Below are positions 22,639 through 34,665 of a stretch of 64,000 nt of DNA, in pieces. The first letter of the stretch is position 1. Each line of letters opens with the position of its first letter. The notes beneath the pieces were generated by a model. It worked only from the letters and a program-made list of their open reading frames with translations, made no database searches and was not told where the DNA came from. The stretch lies in NCBI GenBank assembly GCA_965240325.2, contig OZ251222.1:2356001-2420000 (forward strand), given 5' to 3'. Origin of the DNA: Rebecca billardiae RCC1528. Its lineage: Eukaryota > Protista > Haptophyta. The position numbers were made by a program, and so were the translations under genes.

Positions 22639-25600
22639 TCGGCTGAGGCCGTGAGCTGCCGTAGGCTGATCTGACCCGACAAAAGTCGGCGCGCGAGCGC
22701 GCGCGCGCGCGGCGCGGCGCCGCCCCGCTGGCACGTGGGCTCGGTGTGCCTGGGCCGCGCCGAGTGCCCCGCACCCGGATCTCGCCCAGCTAGCTCGTCC
22801 TCGCCGCGCTCTGAGGCCCCCGTAGCAGTCGTAGCTGCTCGCCGCCGCCGCAGATCGTGAAGACCAGCTGCTGTCAGCTGCTCGCTCTGAGCCGGGACAT
22901 GGGGCCGCGTGGAGGAGGCGCCGTGCGGCCGGGCGCGCGCGTGCGCGTCGAGCGGCCCCTGGGCGCACTGCTCACGCGTCGGCGCGCCCGCCCGGCGCGC
23001 GCATCATCGCTCAGTCGCGCCGCTCTGCTGAGCTAGCCGCCGCTGGTCGCAGCCGTCGGCTGAGGCCGTGAGCTGCCGTAGGCTGATCTGACCCGACAAA
23101 AGTCGGCGCGCGAGCGCGCGCGCGCGCGGCGCGGCGCCGCCCCGCTGGCACGTGGGCTCGGTGTGCCTGGGCCGCGCCGAGTGCCCCGCACCCCGATCTC
23201 GCCCAGCTAGCTCGTCCTCGCCGCGCTCTGAGGCCCCCGTAGCAGTCGTAGCTGCTCGCCGCCGCCGCAGATCGTGAAGACCAGCTGCTGTCAGCTGCTC
23301 GCTCTGAGCCGGGACATGGGGCCGCGAGGAGGAGGCGCCGTGCGGCCGGGCGCGCGCGTGCGCGTCGAGCGGCCCCGGGGCGCACTGCTCACGTGTCGGC
23401 GTGCCCGCCCGGCGCGCGCATCATCGCTCAGTCGCGCCGCTCTGCTGAGCTAGCCGCCGCTGGTCGCAGCCGTCGGCTGAGGCCGTGAGCTGCCGTCAGC
23501 TGATCTGACCCGACAAAAGTCGGCGCGAGCGCGCGCGCGCGCGCGGCGCCGCGCCGCCCCGCTGGCACGTGGGCTCGGTGTGCCTGGGCCACGCAGAGCA
23601 CCCCGCACCCGGATCTCGCCCAGCTAGCTCGTCCTCGCCGCGCTCTGAGGCCCCCGTAGCAGTCGTAGCTGCTCGCCGCCGCCGCAGATCGTGAAGACCA
23701 GCTGCTGTCAGCTGCTCGCTCTGAGCCGGGACATGGGGCCGCGAGGAGGAGGCGCCGTGCGGCCGGGCGCGCGCGTGCGCGTCGAGCGGCCCCGGGGCGC
23801 ACTGCTCACGCGTCGGCGTGCCCGCCCGGCGCGCGCATCATCGCTCAGTCGCGCCGCTCTGCTGAGCTAGCCGCCGCTGGTCGCAGCCGTCGGCTGAGGC
23901 CGTGAGCTGCCGTAAGCTGATCTGACCCGACAAAAGTCGGCGCGCGAGCGCGCGCGCGCGGCGCGCCGCGCCACCTCGCTGGCACGTGGGCTCGGTGCGC
24001 CTGGGCCGCGCCGAGCACCCCGCACCCGGATCTCGCCCAGCTAGCTCGTCCTCGCCGCGCTCTGAGGCCCCCGTAGCAGTCGTAGCTGCTCGCCGCCGCC
24101 GCAGATCGTGAAGACCAGCTGCTGTCAGCTGCTCGCTCTGAGCCGGGACATGGGGCCGCGTGGAGGAGACGCCGTGCGGCCGGGCGCGCGCGTGCGCGTC
24201 GAGCGGCACCCGGGCGCACTGCTCACGTGTCGGCGCGCCCGCCCGGCGCGCGCATCATCGCTCAGTCGCGCCGCTCTGCTGAGCTAGCCGCCGCTGGTCG
24301 CAGCCGTCGGCTGAGGCCGTGAGCTGCCGTAAGCTGATCTGACCCGACAAAAGTCGGCGCGCGAGCGCGCGCGCGCGGCGCGCCGCGCCACCTCGCTGGC
24401 ACGTGGGCTCGGTGCGCCTGGGCCGCGCCGAGCGTCCCGCACCCCGATCGCGCCCAGCCCGCGCGTCCTCGCCGCGCTCTGAGGTCCCCGTAGCAGTCGT
24501 AGCTGCTCGCCGCCGCCGCAGATCGTGAAGACCAGTTGCTGTCAGCTGCTCGCTCTGAGCCGGGACATGGGGCCGCGAGGAGGAGGCGCCGTGCGGCCGG
24601 GCGCGCGCGTGCGCGTCGAGCGGCCCCGGGGCGCACTGCTCACGCGTCGGCGTGCCCGCCCGGCGCGCGCATCATCGCTCAGTCGCGCCGCTCTGCTGAG
24701 CTAGCCGCCGCTGGTCGCAGCCGTCGGCTGAGGCCGTGAGCTGCCGTCAGCTGATCTGACCCGACAAAAGTCGGCGCGAGCGCGCGCGCGCGCGCGGCGC
24801 CGCGCCGCCCCGCTGGCACGTGGGCTCGGTGTGCCTGGGCCACGCAGAGCACCCCGCACCCGGATCTCGCCCAGCTAGCTCGTCCTCGCCGCGCTCTGAG
24901 GCCCCCGTAGCAGTCGTAGCTGCTCGCCGCCGCCGCAGATCGTGAAGACCAGCTGCTGTCAGCTGCTCGCTCTGAGCCGGGACATGGGGCCGCGAGGAGG
25001 AGGCGCCGTGCGGCCGGGCGCGCGCGTGCGCGTCGAGCGGCCCCGGGGCGCACTGCTCACGCGTCGGCGTGCCCGCCCGGCGCGCGCATCATCGCTCAGT
25101 CGCGCCGCTCTGCTGAGCTAGCCGCCGCTGGTCGCAGCCGTCGGCTGAGGCCGTGAGCTGCCGTCAGCTGATCTGACCCGACAAAAGTCGGCGCGAGCGC
25201 GCGCGCGCGCGCGGCGCCGCGCCGCCCCGCTGGCACGTGGGCTCGGTGTGCCTGGGCCACGCAGAGCACCCCGCACCCGGATCTCGCCCAGCTAGCTCGT
25301 CCTCGCCGCGCTCTGAGGCCCCCGTAGCAGTCGTAGCTGCTCGCCGCCGCCGCAGATCGTGAAGACCAGCTGCTGTCAGCTGCTCGCTCTGAGCCGGGAC
25401 ATGGGGCCGCGAGGAGGAGGCGCCGTGCGGCCGGGCGCGCGCGTGCGCGTCGAGCGGCCCCGGGGCGCACTGCTCACGCGTCGGCGTGCCCGCCCGGCGC
25501 GCGCATCATCGCTCAGTCGCGCCGCTCTGCTGAGCTAGCCGCCGCTGGTCGCAGCCGTCGGCTGAGGCCGTGAGCTGCCGTAAGCTGATCTGACCCGACA

Positions 25601-28600
25601 AAAGTCGGCGCGCGAGCGCGCGCGCGCGGCGCGCCGCGCCACCTCGCTGGCACGTGGGCTCGGTGCGCCTGGGCCGCGCCGAGCACCCCGCACCCGGATC
25701 TCGCCCAGCTAGCTCGTCCTCGCCGCGCTCTGAGGCCCCCGTAGCAGTCGTAGCTGCTCGCCGCCGCCGCAGATCGTGAAGACCAGCTGCTGTCAGCTGC
25801 TCGCTCTGAGCCGGGACATGGGGCCGCGTGGAGGAGACGCCGTGCGGCCGGGCGCGCGCGTGCGCGTCGAGCGGCACCCGGGCGCACTGCTCACGTGTCG
25901 GCGTGCCCGCCCGGCGCGCGCATCATCGCTCAGTCGCGCCGCTCTGCTGAGCTAGCCGCCGCTGGTCGCAGCCGTCGGCTGAGGCCGTGAGCTGCCGTCA
26001 GCTGATCTGACCCGACAAAAGTCGGCGCGAGCGCGCGCGCGCGCGCGGCGCCGCGCCGCCCCGCTGGCACGTGGGCTCGGTGTGCCTGGGCCACGCAGAG
26101 CACCCCGCACCCGGATCTCGCCCAGCTAGCTCGTCCTCGCCGCGCTCTGAGGCCCCCGTAGCAGTCGTAGCTGCTCGCCGCCGCCGCAGATCGTGAAGAC
26201 CAGCTGCTGTCAGCTGCTCGCTCTGAGCCGGGACATGGGGCCGCGAGGAGGAGGCGCCGTGCGGCCGGGCGCGCGCGTGCGCGTCGAGCGGCCCCGGGGC
26301 GCACTGCTCACGCGTCGGCGTGCCCGCCCGGCGCGCGCATCATCGCTCAGTCGCGCCGCTCTGCTGAGCTAGCCGCCGCTGGTCGCAGCCGTCGGCTGAG
26401 GCCGTGAGCTGCCGTAAGCTGATCTGACCCGACAAAAGTCGGCGCGCGAGCGCGCGCGCGCGGCGCGCCGCGCCACCTCGCTGGCACGTGGGCTCGGTGC
26501 GCCTGGGCCGCGCCGAGCACCCCGCACCCGGATCTCGCCCAGCTAGCTCGTCCTCGCCGCGCTCTGAGGCCCCCGTAGCAGTCGTAGCTGCTCGCCGCCG
26601 CCGCAGATCGTGAAGACCAGCTGCTGTCAGCTGCTCGCTCTGAGCCGGGACATGGGGCCGCGAGGAGGAGGCGCCGTGCGGCCGGGCGCGCGCGTGCGCG
26701 TCGAGCGGCCCCGGGGCGCACTGCTCACGCGTCGGCGTGCCCGCCCGGCGCGCGCATCATCGCTCAGTCGCGCCGCTCTGCTGAGCTAGCCGCCGCTGGT
26801 CGCAGCCGTCGGCTGAGGCCGTGAGCTGCCGTAAGCTGATCTGACCCGACAAAAGTCGGCGCGCGAGCGCGCGCGCGCGGCGCGCCGCGCCACCTCGCTG
26901 GCACGTGGGCTCGGTGCGCCTGGGCCGCGCCGAGCACCCCGCACCCGGATCTCGCCCAGCTAGCTCGTCCTCGCCGCGCTCTGAGGCCCCCGTAGCAGTC
27001 GTAGCTGCTCGCCGCCGCCGCAGATCGTGAAGACCAGCTGCTGTCAGCTGCTCGCTCTGAGCCGGGACATGGGGCCGCGTGGAGGAGACGCCGTGCGGCC
27101 GGGCGCGCGCGTGCGCGTCGAGCGGCACCCGGGCGCACTGCTCACGTGTCGGCGCGCCCGCCCGGCGCGCGCATCATCGCTCAGTCGCGCCGCTCTGCTG
27201 AGCTAGCCGCCGCTGGTCGCAGCCGTCGGCTGAGGCCGTGAGCTGCCGTAAGCTGATCTGACCCGACAAAAGTCGGCGCGCGAGCGCGCGCGCGCGGCGC
27301 GCCGCGCCACCTCGCTGGCACGTGGGCTCGGTGCGCCTGGGCCGCGCCGAGCGTCCCGCACCCCGATCGCGCCCAGCCCGCGCGTCCTCGCCGCGCTCTG
27401 AGGTCCCCGTAGCAGTCGTAGCTGCTCGCCGCCGCCGCAGATCGTGAAGACCAGTTGCTGTCAGCTGCTCGCTCTGAGCCGGGACATGGGGCCGCGAGGA
27501 GGAGGCGCCGTGCGGCCGGGCGCGCGCGTGCGCGTCGAGCGGCCCCGGGGCGCACTGCTCACGCGTCGGCGTGCCCGCCCGGCGCGCGCATCATCGCTCA
27601 GTCGCGCCGCTCTGCTGAGCTAGCCGCCGCTGGTCGCAGCCGTCGGCTGAGGCCGTGAGCTGCCGTCAGCTGATCTGACCCGACAAAAGTCGGCGCGAGC
27701 GCGCGCGCGCGCGCGGCGCCGCGCCGCCCCGCTGGCACGTGGGCTCGGTGTGCCTGGGCCACGCAGAGCACCCCGCACCCGGATCTCGCCCAGCTAGCTC
27801 GTCCTCGCCGCGCTCTGAGGCCCCCGTAGCAGTCGTAGCTGCTCGCCGCCGCCGCAGATCGTGAAGACCAGCTGCTGTCAGCTGCTCGCTCTGAGCCGGG
27901 ACATGGGGCCGCGAGGAGGAGGCGCCGTGCGGCCGGGCGCGCGCGTGCGCGTCGAGCGGCCCCGGGGCGCACTGCTCACGCGTCGGCGTGCCCGCCCGGC
28001 GCGCGCATCATCGCTCAGTCGCGCCGCTCTGCTGAGCTAGCCGCCGCTGGTCGCAGCCGTCGGCTGAGGCCGTGAGCTGCCGTCAGCTGATCTGACCCGA
28101 CAAAAGTCGGCGCGAGCGCGCGCGCGCGCGCGGCGCCGCGCCGCCCCGCTGGCACGTGGGCTCGGTGTGCCTGGGCCACGCAGAGCACCCCGCACCCGGA
28201 TCTCGCCCAGCTAGCTCGTCCTCGCCGCGCTCTGAGGCCCCCGTAGCAGTCGTAGCTGCTCGCCGCCGCCGCAGATCGTGAAGACCAGCTGCTGTCAGCT
28301 GCTCGCTCTGAGCCGGGACATGGGGCCGCGAGGAGGAGGCGCCGTGCGGCCGGGCGCGCGCGTGCGCGTCGAGCGGCCCCGGGGCGCACTGCTCACGCGT
28401 CGGCGTGCCCGCCCGGCGCGCGCATCATCGCTCAGTCGCGCCGCTCTGCTGAGCTAGCCGCCGCTGGTCGCAGCCGTCGGCTGAGGCCGTGAGCTGCCGT
28501 AAGCTGATCTGACCCGACAAAAGTCGGCGCGCGAGCGCGCGCGCGCGGCGCGCCGCGCCACCTCGCTGGCACGTGGGCTCGGTGCGCCTGGGCCGCGCCG

Positions 28601-31600
28601 AGCACCCCGCACCCGGATCTCGCCCAGCTAGCTCGTCCTCGCCGCGCTCTGAGGCCCCCGTAGCAGTCGTAGCTGCTCGCCGCCGCCGCAGATCGTGAAG
28701 ACCAGCTGCTGTCAGCTGCTCGCTCTGAGCCGGGACATGGGGCCGCGTGGAGGAGACGCCGTGCGGCCGGGCGCGCGCGTGCGCGTCGAGCGGCACCCGG
28801 GCGCACTGCTCACGTGTCGGCGCGCCCGCCCGGCGCGCGCATCATCGCTCAGTCGCGCCGCTCTGCTGAGCTAGCCGCCGCTGGTCGCAGCCGTCGGCTG
28901 AGGCCGTGAGCTGCCGTAAGCTGATCTGACCCGACAAAAGTCGGCGCGCGAGCGCGCGCGCGCGGCGCGCCGCGCCACCTCGCTGGCACGTGGGCTCGGT
29001 GCGCCTGGGCCGCGCCGAGCGTCCCGCACCCCGATCGCGCCCAGCCCGCGCGTCCTCGCCGCGCTCTGAGGTCCCCGTAGCAGTCGTAGCTGCTCGCCGC
29101 CGCCGCAGATCGTGAAGACCAGTTGCTGTCAGCTGCTCGCTCTGAGCCGGGACATGGGGCCGCGAGGAGGAGGCGCCGTGCGGCCGGGCGCGCGCGTGCG
29201 CGTCGAGCGGCCCCGGGGCGCACTGCTCACGCGTCGGCGTGCCCGCCCGGCGCGCGCATCATCGCTCAGTCGCGCCGCTCTGCTGAGCTAGCCGCCGCTG
29301 GTCGCAGCCGTCGGCTGAGGCCGTGAGCTGCCGTCAGCTGATCTGACCCGACAAAAGTCGGCGCGAGCGCGCGCGCGCGCGCGGCGCCGCGCCGCCCCGC
29401 TGGCACGTGGGCTCGGTGTGCCTGGGCCACGCAGAGCACCCCGCACCCGGATCTCGCCCAGCTAGCTCGTCCTCGCCGCGCTCTGAGGCCCCCGTAGCAG
29501 TCGTAGCTGCTCGCCGCCGCCGCAGATCGTGAAGACCAGCTGCTGTCAGCTGCTCGCTCTGAGCCGGGACATGGGGCCGCGAGGAGGAGGCGCCGTGCGG
29601 CCGGGCGCGCGCGTGCGCGTCGAGCGGCCCCGGGGCGCACTGCTCACGCGTCGGCGTGCCCGCCCGGCGCGCGCATCATCGCTCAGTCGCGCCGCTCTGC
29701 TGAGCTAGCCGCCGCTGGTCGCAGCCGTCGGCTGAGGCCGTGAGCTGCCGTCAGCTGATCTGACCCGACAAAAGTCGGCGCGAGCGCGCGCGCGCGCGCG
29801 GCGCCGCGCCGCCCCGCTGGCACGTGGGCTCGGTGTGCCTGGGCCACGCAGAGCACCCCGCACCCGGATCTCGCCCAGCTAGCTCGTCCTCGCCGCGCTC
29901 TGAGGCCCCCGTAGCAGTCGTAGCTGCTCGCCGCCGCCGCAGATCGTGAAGACCAGCTGCTGTCAGCTGCTCGCTCTGAGCCGGGACATGGGGCCGCGAG
30001 GAGGAGGCGCCGTGCGGCCGGGCGCGCGCGTGCGCGTCGAGCGGCCCCGGGGCGCACTGCTCACGCGTCGGCGTGCCCGCCCGGCGCGCGCATCATCGCT
30101 CAGTCGCGCCGCTCTGCTGAGCTAGCCGCCGCTGGTCGCAGCCGTCGGCTGAGGCCGTGAGCTGCCGTAAGCTGATCTGACCCGACAAAAGTCGGCGCGC
30201 GAGCGCGCGCGCGCGGCGCGCCGCGCCACCTCGCTGGCACGTGGGCTCGGTGCGCCTGGGCCGCGCCGAGCACCCCGCACCCGGATCTCGCCCAGCTAGC
30301 TCGTCCTCGCCGCGCTCTGAGGCCCCCGTAGCAGTCGTAGCTGCTCGCCGCCGCCGCAGATCGTGAAGACCAGCTGCTGTCAGCTGCTCGCTCTGAGCCG
30401 GGACATGGGGCCGCGTGGAGGAGACGCCGTGCGGCCGGGCGCGCGCGTGCGCGTCGAGCGGCACCCGGGCGCACTGCTCACGTGTCGGCGCGCCCGCCCG
30501 GCGCGCGCATCATCGCTCAGTCGCGCCGCTCTGCTGAGCTAGCCGCCGCTGGTCGCAGCCGTCGGCTGAGGCCGTGAGCTGCCGTAAGCTGATCTGACCC
30601 GACAAAAGTCGGCGCGCGAGCGCGCGCGCGCGGCGCGCCGCGCCACCTCGCTGGCACGTGGGCTCGGTGCGCCTGGGCCGCGCCGAGCGTCCCGCACCCC
30701 GATCGCGCCCAGCCCGCGCGTCCTCGCCGCGCTCTGAGGTCCCCGTAGCAGTCGTAGCTGCTCGCCGCCGCCGCAGATCGTGAAGACCAGTTGCTGTCAG
30801 CTGCTCGCTCTGAGCCGGGACATGGGGCCGCGAGGAGGAGGCGCCGTGCGGCCGGGCGCGCGCGTGCGCGTCGAGCGGCCCCGGGGCGCACTGCTCACGC
30901 GTCGGCGTGCCCGCCCGGCGCGCGCATCATCGCTCAGTCGCGCCGCTCTGCTGAGCTAGCCGCCGCTGGTCGCAGCCGTCGGCTGAGGCCGTGAGCTGCC
31001 GTCAGCTGATCTGACCCGACAAAAGTCGGCGCGAGCGCGCGCGCGCGCGCGGCGCCGCGCCGCCCCGCTGGCACGTGGGCTCGGTGTGCCTGGGCCACGC
31101 AGAGCACCCCGCACCCGGATCTCGCCCAGCTAGCTCGTCCTCGCCGCGCTCTGAGGCCCCCGTAGCAGTCGTAGCTGCTCGCCGCCGCCGCAGATCGTGA
31201 AGACCAGCTGCTGTCAGCTGCTCGCTCTGAGCCGGGACATGGGGCCGCGAGGAGGAGGCGCCGTGCGGCCGGGCGCGCGCGTGCGCGTCGAGCGGCCCCG
31301 GGGCGCACTGCTCACGCGTCGGCGTGCCCGCCCGGCGCGCGCATCATCGCTCAGTCGCGCCGCTCTGCTGAGCTAGCCGCCGCTGGTCGCAGCCGTCGGC
31401 TGAGGCCGTGAGCTGCCGTAGGCTGATCTGACCCGACAAAAGTCGGCGCGCGAGCGCGCGCTCGCGCGGCGCGGCGCCGCCCCGCTGGCACGTGGGCTCG
31501 GTGTGCCTGGGCCGCGCCGAGTGCCCCGCACCCCGATCTCGCCCAGCTAGCTCGTCCTCGCCGCGCTCTGAGGCCCCCGTAGCAGTCGTAGCTGCTCGCC

Positions 31601-31812
31601 GCCGCCGCAGATCGTGAAGACCAGTTGCTGTCAGCTGCTCGCTCTGAGCCGGGACATGGGGCCGCGTGGAGGAGGCGCCGTGCGGCCGGGCGCGCGCGCG
31701 CGCGTCGAGCGGCCCCGGGGCGCACTGCTCACGCGTCGGCGTGCCCGCCCGGCGCGCACATCATCGCTCAGTCGCGCCGCTCTGCTGAGCTAGCCGCCGC
31801 TGGTCGCAGCTG
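22639..31812. repeat. 417-bp tandem satellite, 22 monomers
   Basis: Variant order a b c d e c c d c [d/c] d e c c d e c c d e c z. Confidence 0.97.
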
Positions 31813-31931
31813 TCGTGAGACGTGACGTTAGACGTAGAGTAAGCTATAGCCTATAGGCTGATATGATATGACTCGAGATCTACTATACTGAGCAGCTAAT
31901 AAACTATACCATCATTGTCCGACACTGCTCT

Positions 31932-33233
31932 TCAGCGCACGCGCTGCTCACCCTTGGTCTCGACGCAGTCCTGCAGCCGACGCCGATAGGATTTGAACAG
32001 CGCCTGGATGAACTTCTTGTCGTTCCGTACCTCCTCGAACTTAGCCTTCACCACCTCCTCGAACTCCTTGAAGGTTGGCCGCTGCTTGCTCGGGTTGTCG
32101 GTGCACCACTTGTGCTTCCATGCGTTGAGAAGCTGCTCCACGCGCGCCCAGACATGCTCAATGAGCGACAAGTCGGCGCTGTTCGGCGGCCAGCTACGGC
32201 CCGGCTGACCCTCGGTCGACTTGGGGCCAAGGTGTCCCTCGGGGCCAAACCGCTCGTCGAGCCATTGGCGCACAGCCAGCGCCGTGTGGGGTGAGGCACT
32301 GTCCTGCTGGAAGATCATCTGTCTGATGAAGTTGCCGAAGAGCGCCTGGGCCTCCTTGTCCAGGAAAGGCAGCACGTCGTTCAGGTACTCCTTCCAGCAC
32401 ACGCCACGGCACTGCTTGCCGCGACCATTCTCATGCGTGCGGCCGTGAGTGCCCGTGGCAAAATAGAGCGGCGTGATGCCGCGAGAGCAGGCGCCGGCGT
32501 AGCCATGGATCACGCAGTCACCTGCCTGGACCTGGTTCAGCTTGCGCTTGGGCTCGTCACGCAGCGTCCACGACATCACCGTGCTCCGGTTCGTGACGTC
32601 GAACTTGAAGTACTTCGAGTCGGTGAAGAACAGCCTGTCAACCATCGCCTTGACTCTCTGCAGCCACCGTGCGAACGCCACCCGCTTCTTCGCCTGCTGA
32701 GCCGTGATCTGCTTCCTCACCTTGAGCGGCTCCCAATCCATCTTCTTCCGCGCCGCGCGGCGTAGCGTCTCGTCGGAGACGTCGAGCGCGGACGCATCGA
32801 GCGATCCAGCACCGACGGCGCGGCACGCAGCCTTCCGCACACTCTGACCAGCCGGCCCGGCGCTGAGCTCGGACGTAAGCGCCGCCTGCGCCTTGGCACT
32901 GAGGCGTGGGCGTGGACCGCGCTTCGGCTTCCCGTCAGCATCGATGTGCCAGCCCTCCGTGTGCCAGTCCATGAACCACTTCTTCATCGTCTTCTCGGTG
33001 ACCTCGGCCGACCGCGCCGCCCTCTGGAAAGCTGAGGCCAACGGAGAGCCTTCATTGAGGCACAGCACGCACGCGCCGATCGCATGGTGAAACCTCTCCG
33101 CAGGGCCCAGGGCCTTCGGGTTGTAATCCAGAGCAATACACTCCCGCGATACCCGCCTGTTCGGAGCGTAGCCGACGCGGTGGGCGCCTTTGCGCCCGCG
33201 CCGATCTTTGGGCGCGGTCGGCGCGCGGCCCAT
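31932..33233 (-). CDS. IS630/Tc1/mariner transposase, 433 aa
   Basis: Translation identical to the other copies. Confidence 0.95.
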   Translation of the reverse strand: MGRAPTAPKDRRGRKGAHRVGYAPNRRVSRECIALDYNPKALGPAERFHHAIGACVLCLNEGSPLASAFQRAARSAEVTEKTMKKWFMDWHTEGWHIDADGKPKRGPRPRLSAKAQAALTSELSAGPAGQSVRKAACRAVGAGSLDASALDVSDETLRRAARKKMDWEPLKVRKQITAQQAKKRVAFARWLQRVKAMVDRLFFTDSKYFKFDVTNRSTVMSWTLRDEPKRKLNQVQAGDCVIHGYAGACSRGITPLYFATGTHGRTHENGRGKQCRGVCWKEYLNDVLPFLDKEAQALFGNFIRQMIFQQDSASPHTALAVRQWLDERFGPEGHLGPKSTEGQPGRSWPPNSADLSLIEHVWARVEQLLNAWKHKWCTDNPSKQRPTFKEFEEVVKAKFEEVRNDKKFIQALFKSYRRRLQDCVETKGEQRVR

Positions 33234-33713
33234 CAGCCGCCGCCGGCTGCTTGGCCACGACCGAAGATGAGTGCACGTTACGTCCCGAGCCGCCCAAAGT
33301 TGATCTTACAGCTGACGAAGCGGTGTGGCCTCTATTCGAACTCGTTCCGTCCATGGCGAGCGCCCCATCGACGCAGCCGCCGCGTGCGCTGGGGCCGCAC
33401 GCCCTCGCGGATGTGCGCTGGGCACGAGCTCGGCGCCACGGGTTGAGCTCGTCGAGCTATGACAAGCGGCGTGGCGCAAGTCCAACCCAGTGGAGGCCCC
33501 AACTGCCGGCCCCGCCGCCGCGCGGGAGCGTCCGATTAACCTCAGCTGCTCTGCGCAAGATGTGGGCTCCTGTGCCCCACCAACTCGCCGGAGGCGGACG
33601 ACGCGCTGGGATCGCTGCACGGCGGGAATATCCCCGACCCATGTGGACCGACGCCGGCCTCGCTCGCCGTCGCCCTCGCCCTCGTTCCGACTTTTCTACT
33701 ACCTGCTCACTTA

Positions 33714-34503
33714 GGGACCCACAAATTTAGTTGCCGGCTGCAGCAGGCACGACTTTGTCTCAGCCCGCACGCCCGCTACGCGCCGACCCGGGCAGAGCCC
33801 ATCCGCCCGCGCATGCACCAGGCCCAGCCGCGTCAGTACATACCCACCCGGCCGCGGCACCCGCGCTCTGTGCGCCACGGTGTCGATGCGCCCGGCAGTC
33901 GGTGCGCATGCACGAGCCAGCCGGCGGGCAGCTACGGGCTGGTTTTCGGCGTGGAGCGCGGTCGTGTGAGCTGCATTAATTCAGCTGACCCCCGGCTTTT
34001 GTGCATTCGGGAGTCGTGCTGCTACGGTGGGCGTGCCACGCGCCAACTCGACGCTGGCAAAATTAGGCGACGAAAGTGCACGCGCAGCCACACGCAGCCC
34101 ATATTGATGCTCTCGGAGCAGGCTCGGGCATGCACTCGATCGGCTCTGGCTGACGGCAGCGCCAAGCTGGCGGCGCGGCGCGAGGGTGCATGCGTGGCGT
34201 GGGCGGAGCTACGTCGCACACGCACCGCGCGGCGCGCGGCTCAGCGCACGGAGGCTGCCGACAGCCGGCGGCACGCAGGCAGGTCTGCTCGCCGCCAGTC
34301 GAGCTCGCCGGCCGCCGGGTACCAAACGTCAACCCAGGATGCACAGCCACGCCTATTTGCGAGGACTCGAGCAATCGGGTCCGGGCGCACCTCATGTGCA
34401 CGGCAGTGGAGTGGGCCAAGTACGCCCCTGGTATGGTGGCGCGCCGCTGCTTTGCTGCGCTGATATGGCGAACAATGTCGGGAGGCTTAAACTTGTGAGG
34501 GAC
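33714..34503. mobile_element. Segment B, copy 3; ends the array
   Basis: Same 790 bp; followed by TATACAAG and then unique DNA. Confidence 0.6.
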
Positions 34504-34665
34504 TATACAAGTTGTTTTCTCTGACTCAGTCTGAGTCCCGAACTGGCGCACATAGCTTTTCAGTGTCGTCGACAGCCAGCCGTGCGCCTGGGCTCGTCTT
34601 TTTATAAGTATTGTTTTTCGTCATCGCTCGTCGTGGTGATTTGGAATTCGAACGCGGCATCAACG

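Larger units (their letters stand above)
22628..33711 (-). mobile_element. Element A, copy 3 (11084 bp)
   Basis: Joined to copy 2 through a single TA (CTGCTCACT-TA-AGTGAGCAG); 417 bp longer than copy 1. Confidence 0.92.

Noticed and set aside
2147-31825. Repeated 123-124-aa ORFs in the 417-bp monomer (length divisible by 3)
   Set aside because: Mostly non-ATG starts, Arg/Ala/Gly-rich translations expected from very high GC, and stops in each minus-strand frame per unit; not a repeat protein.
1-34505. Fanzor/TnpB nuclease associated with the Tc1-like element
   Set aside because: No RuvC or zinc-finger ORF in A or B.
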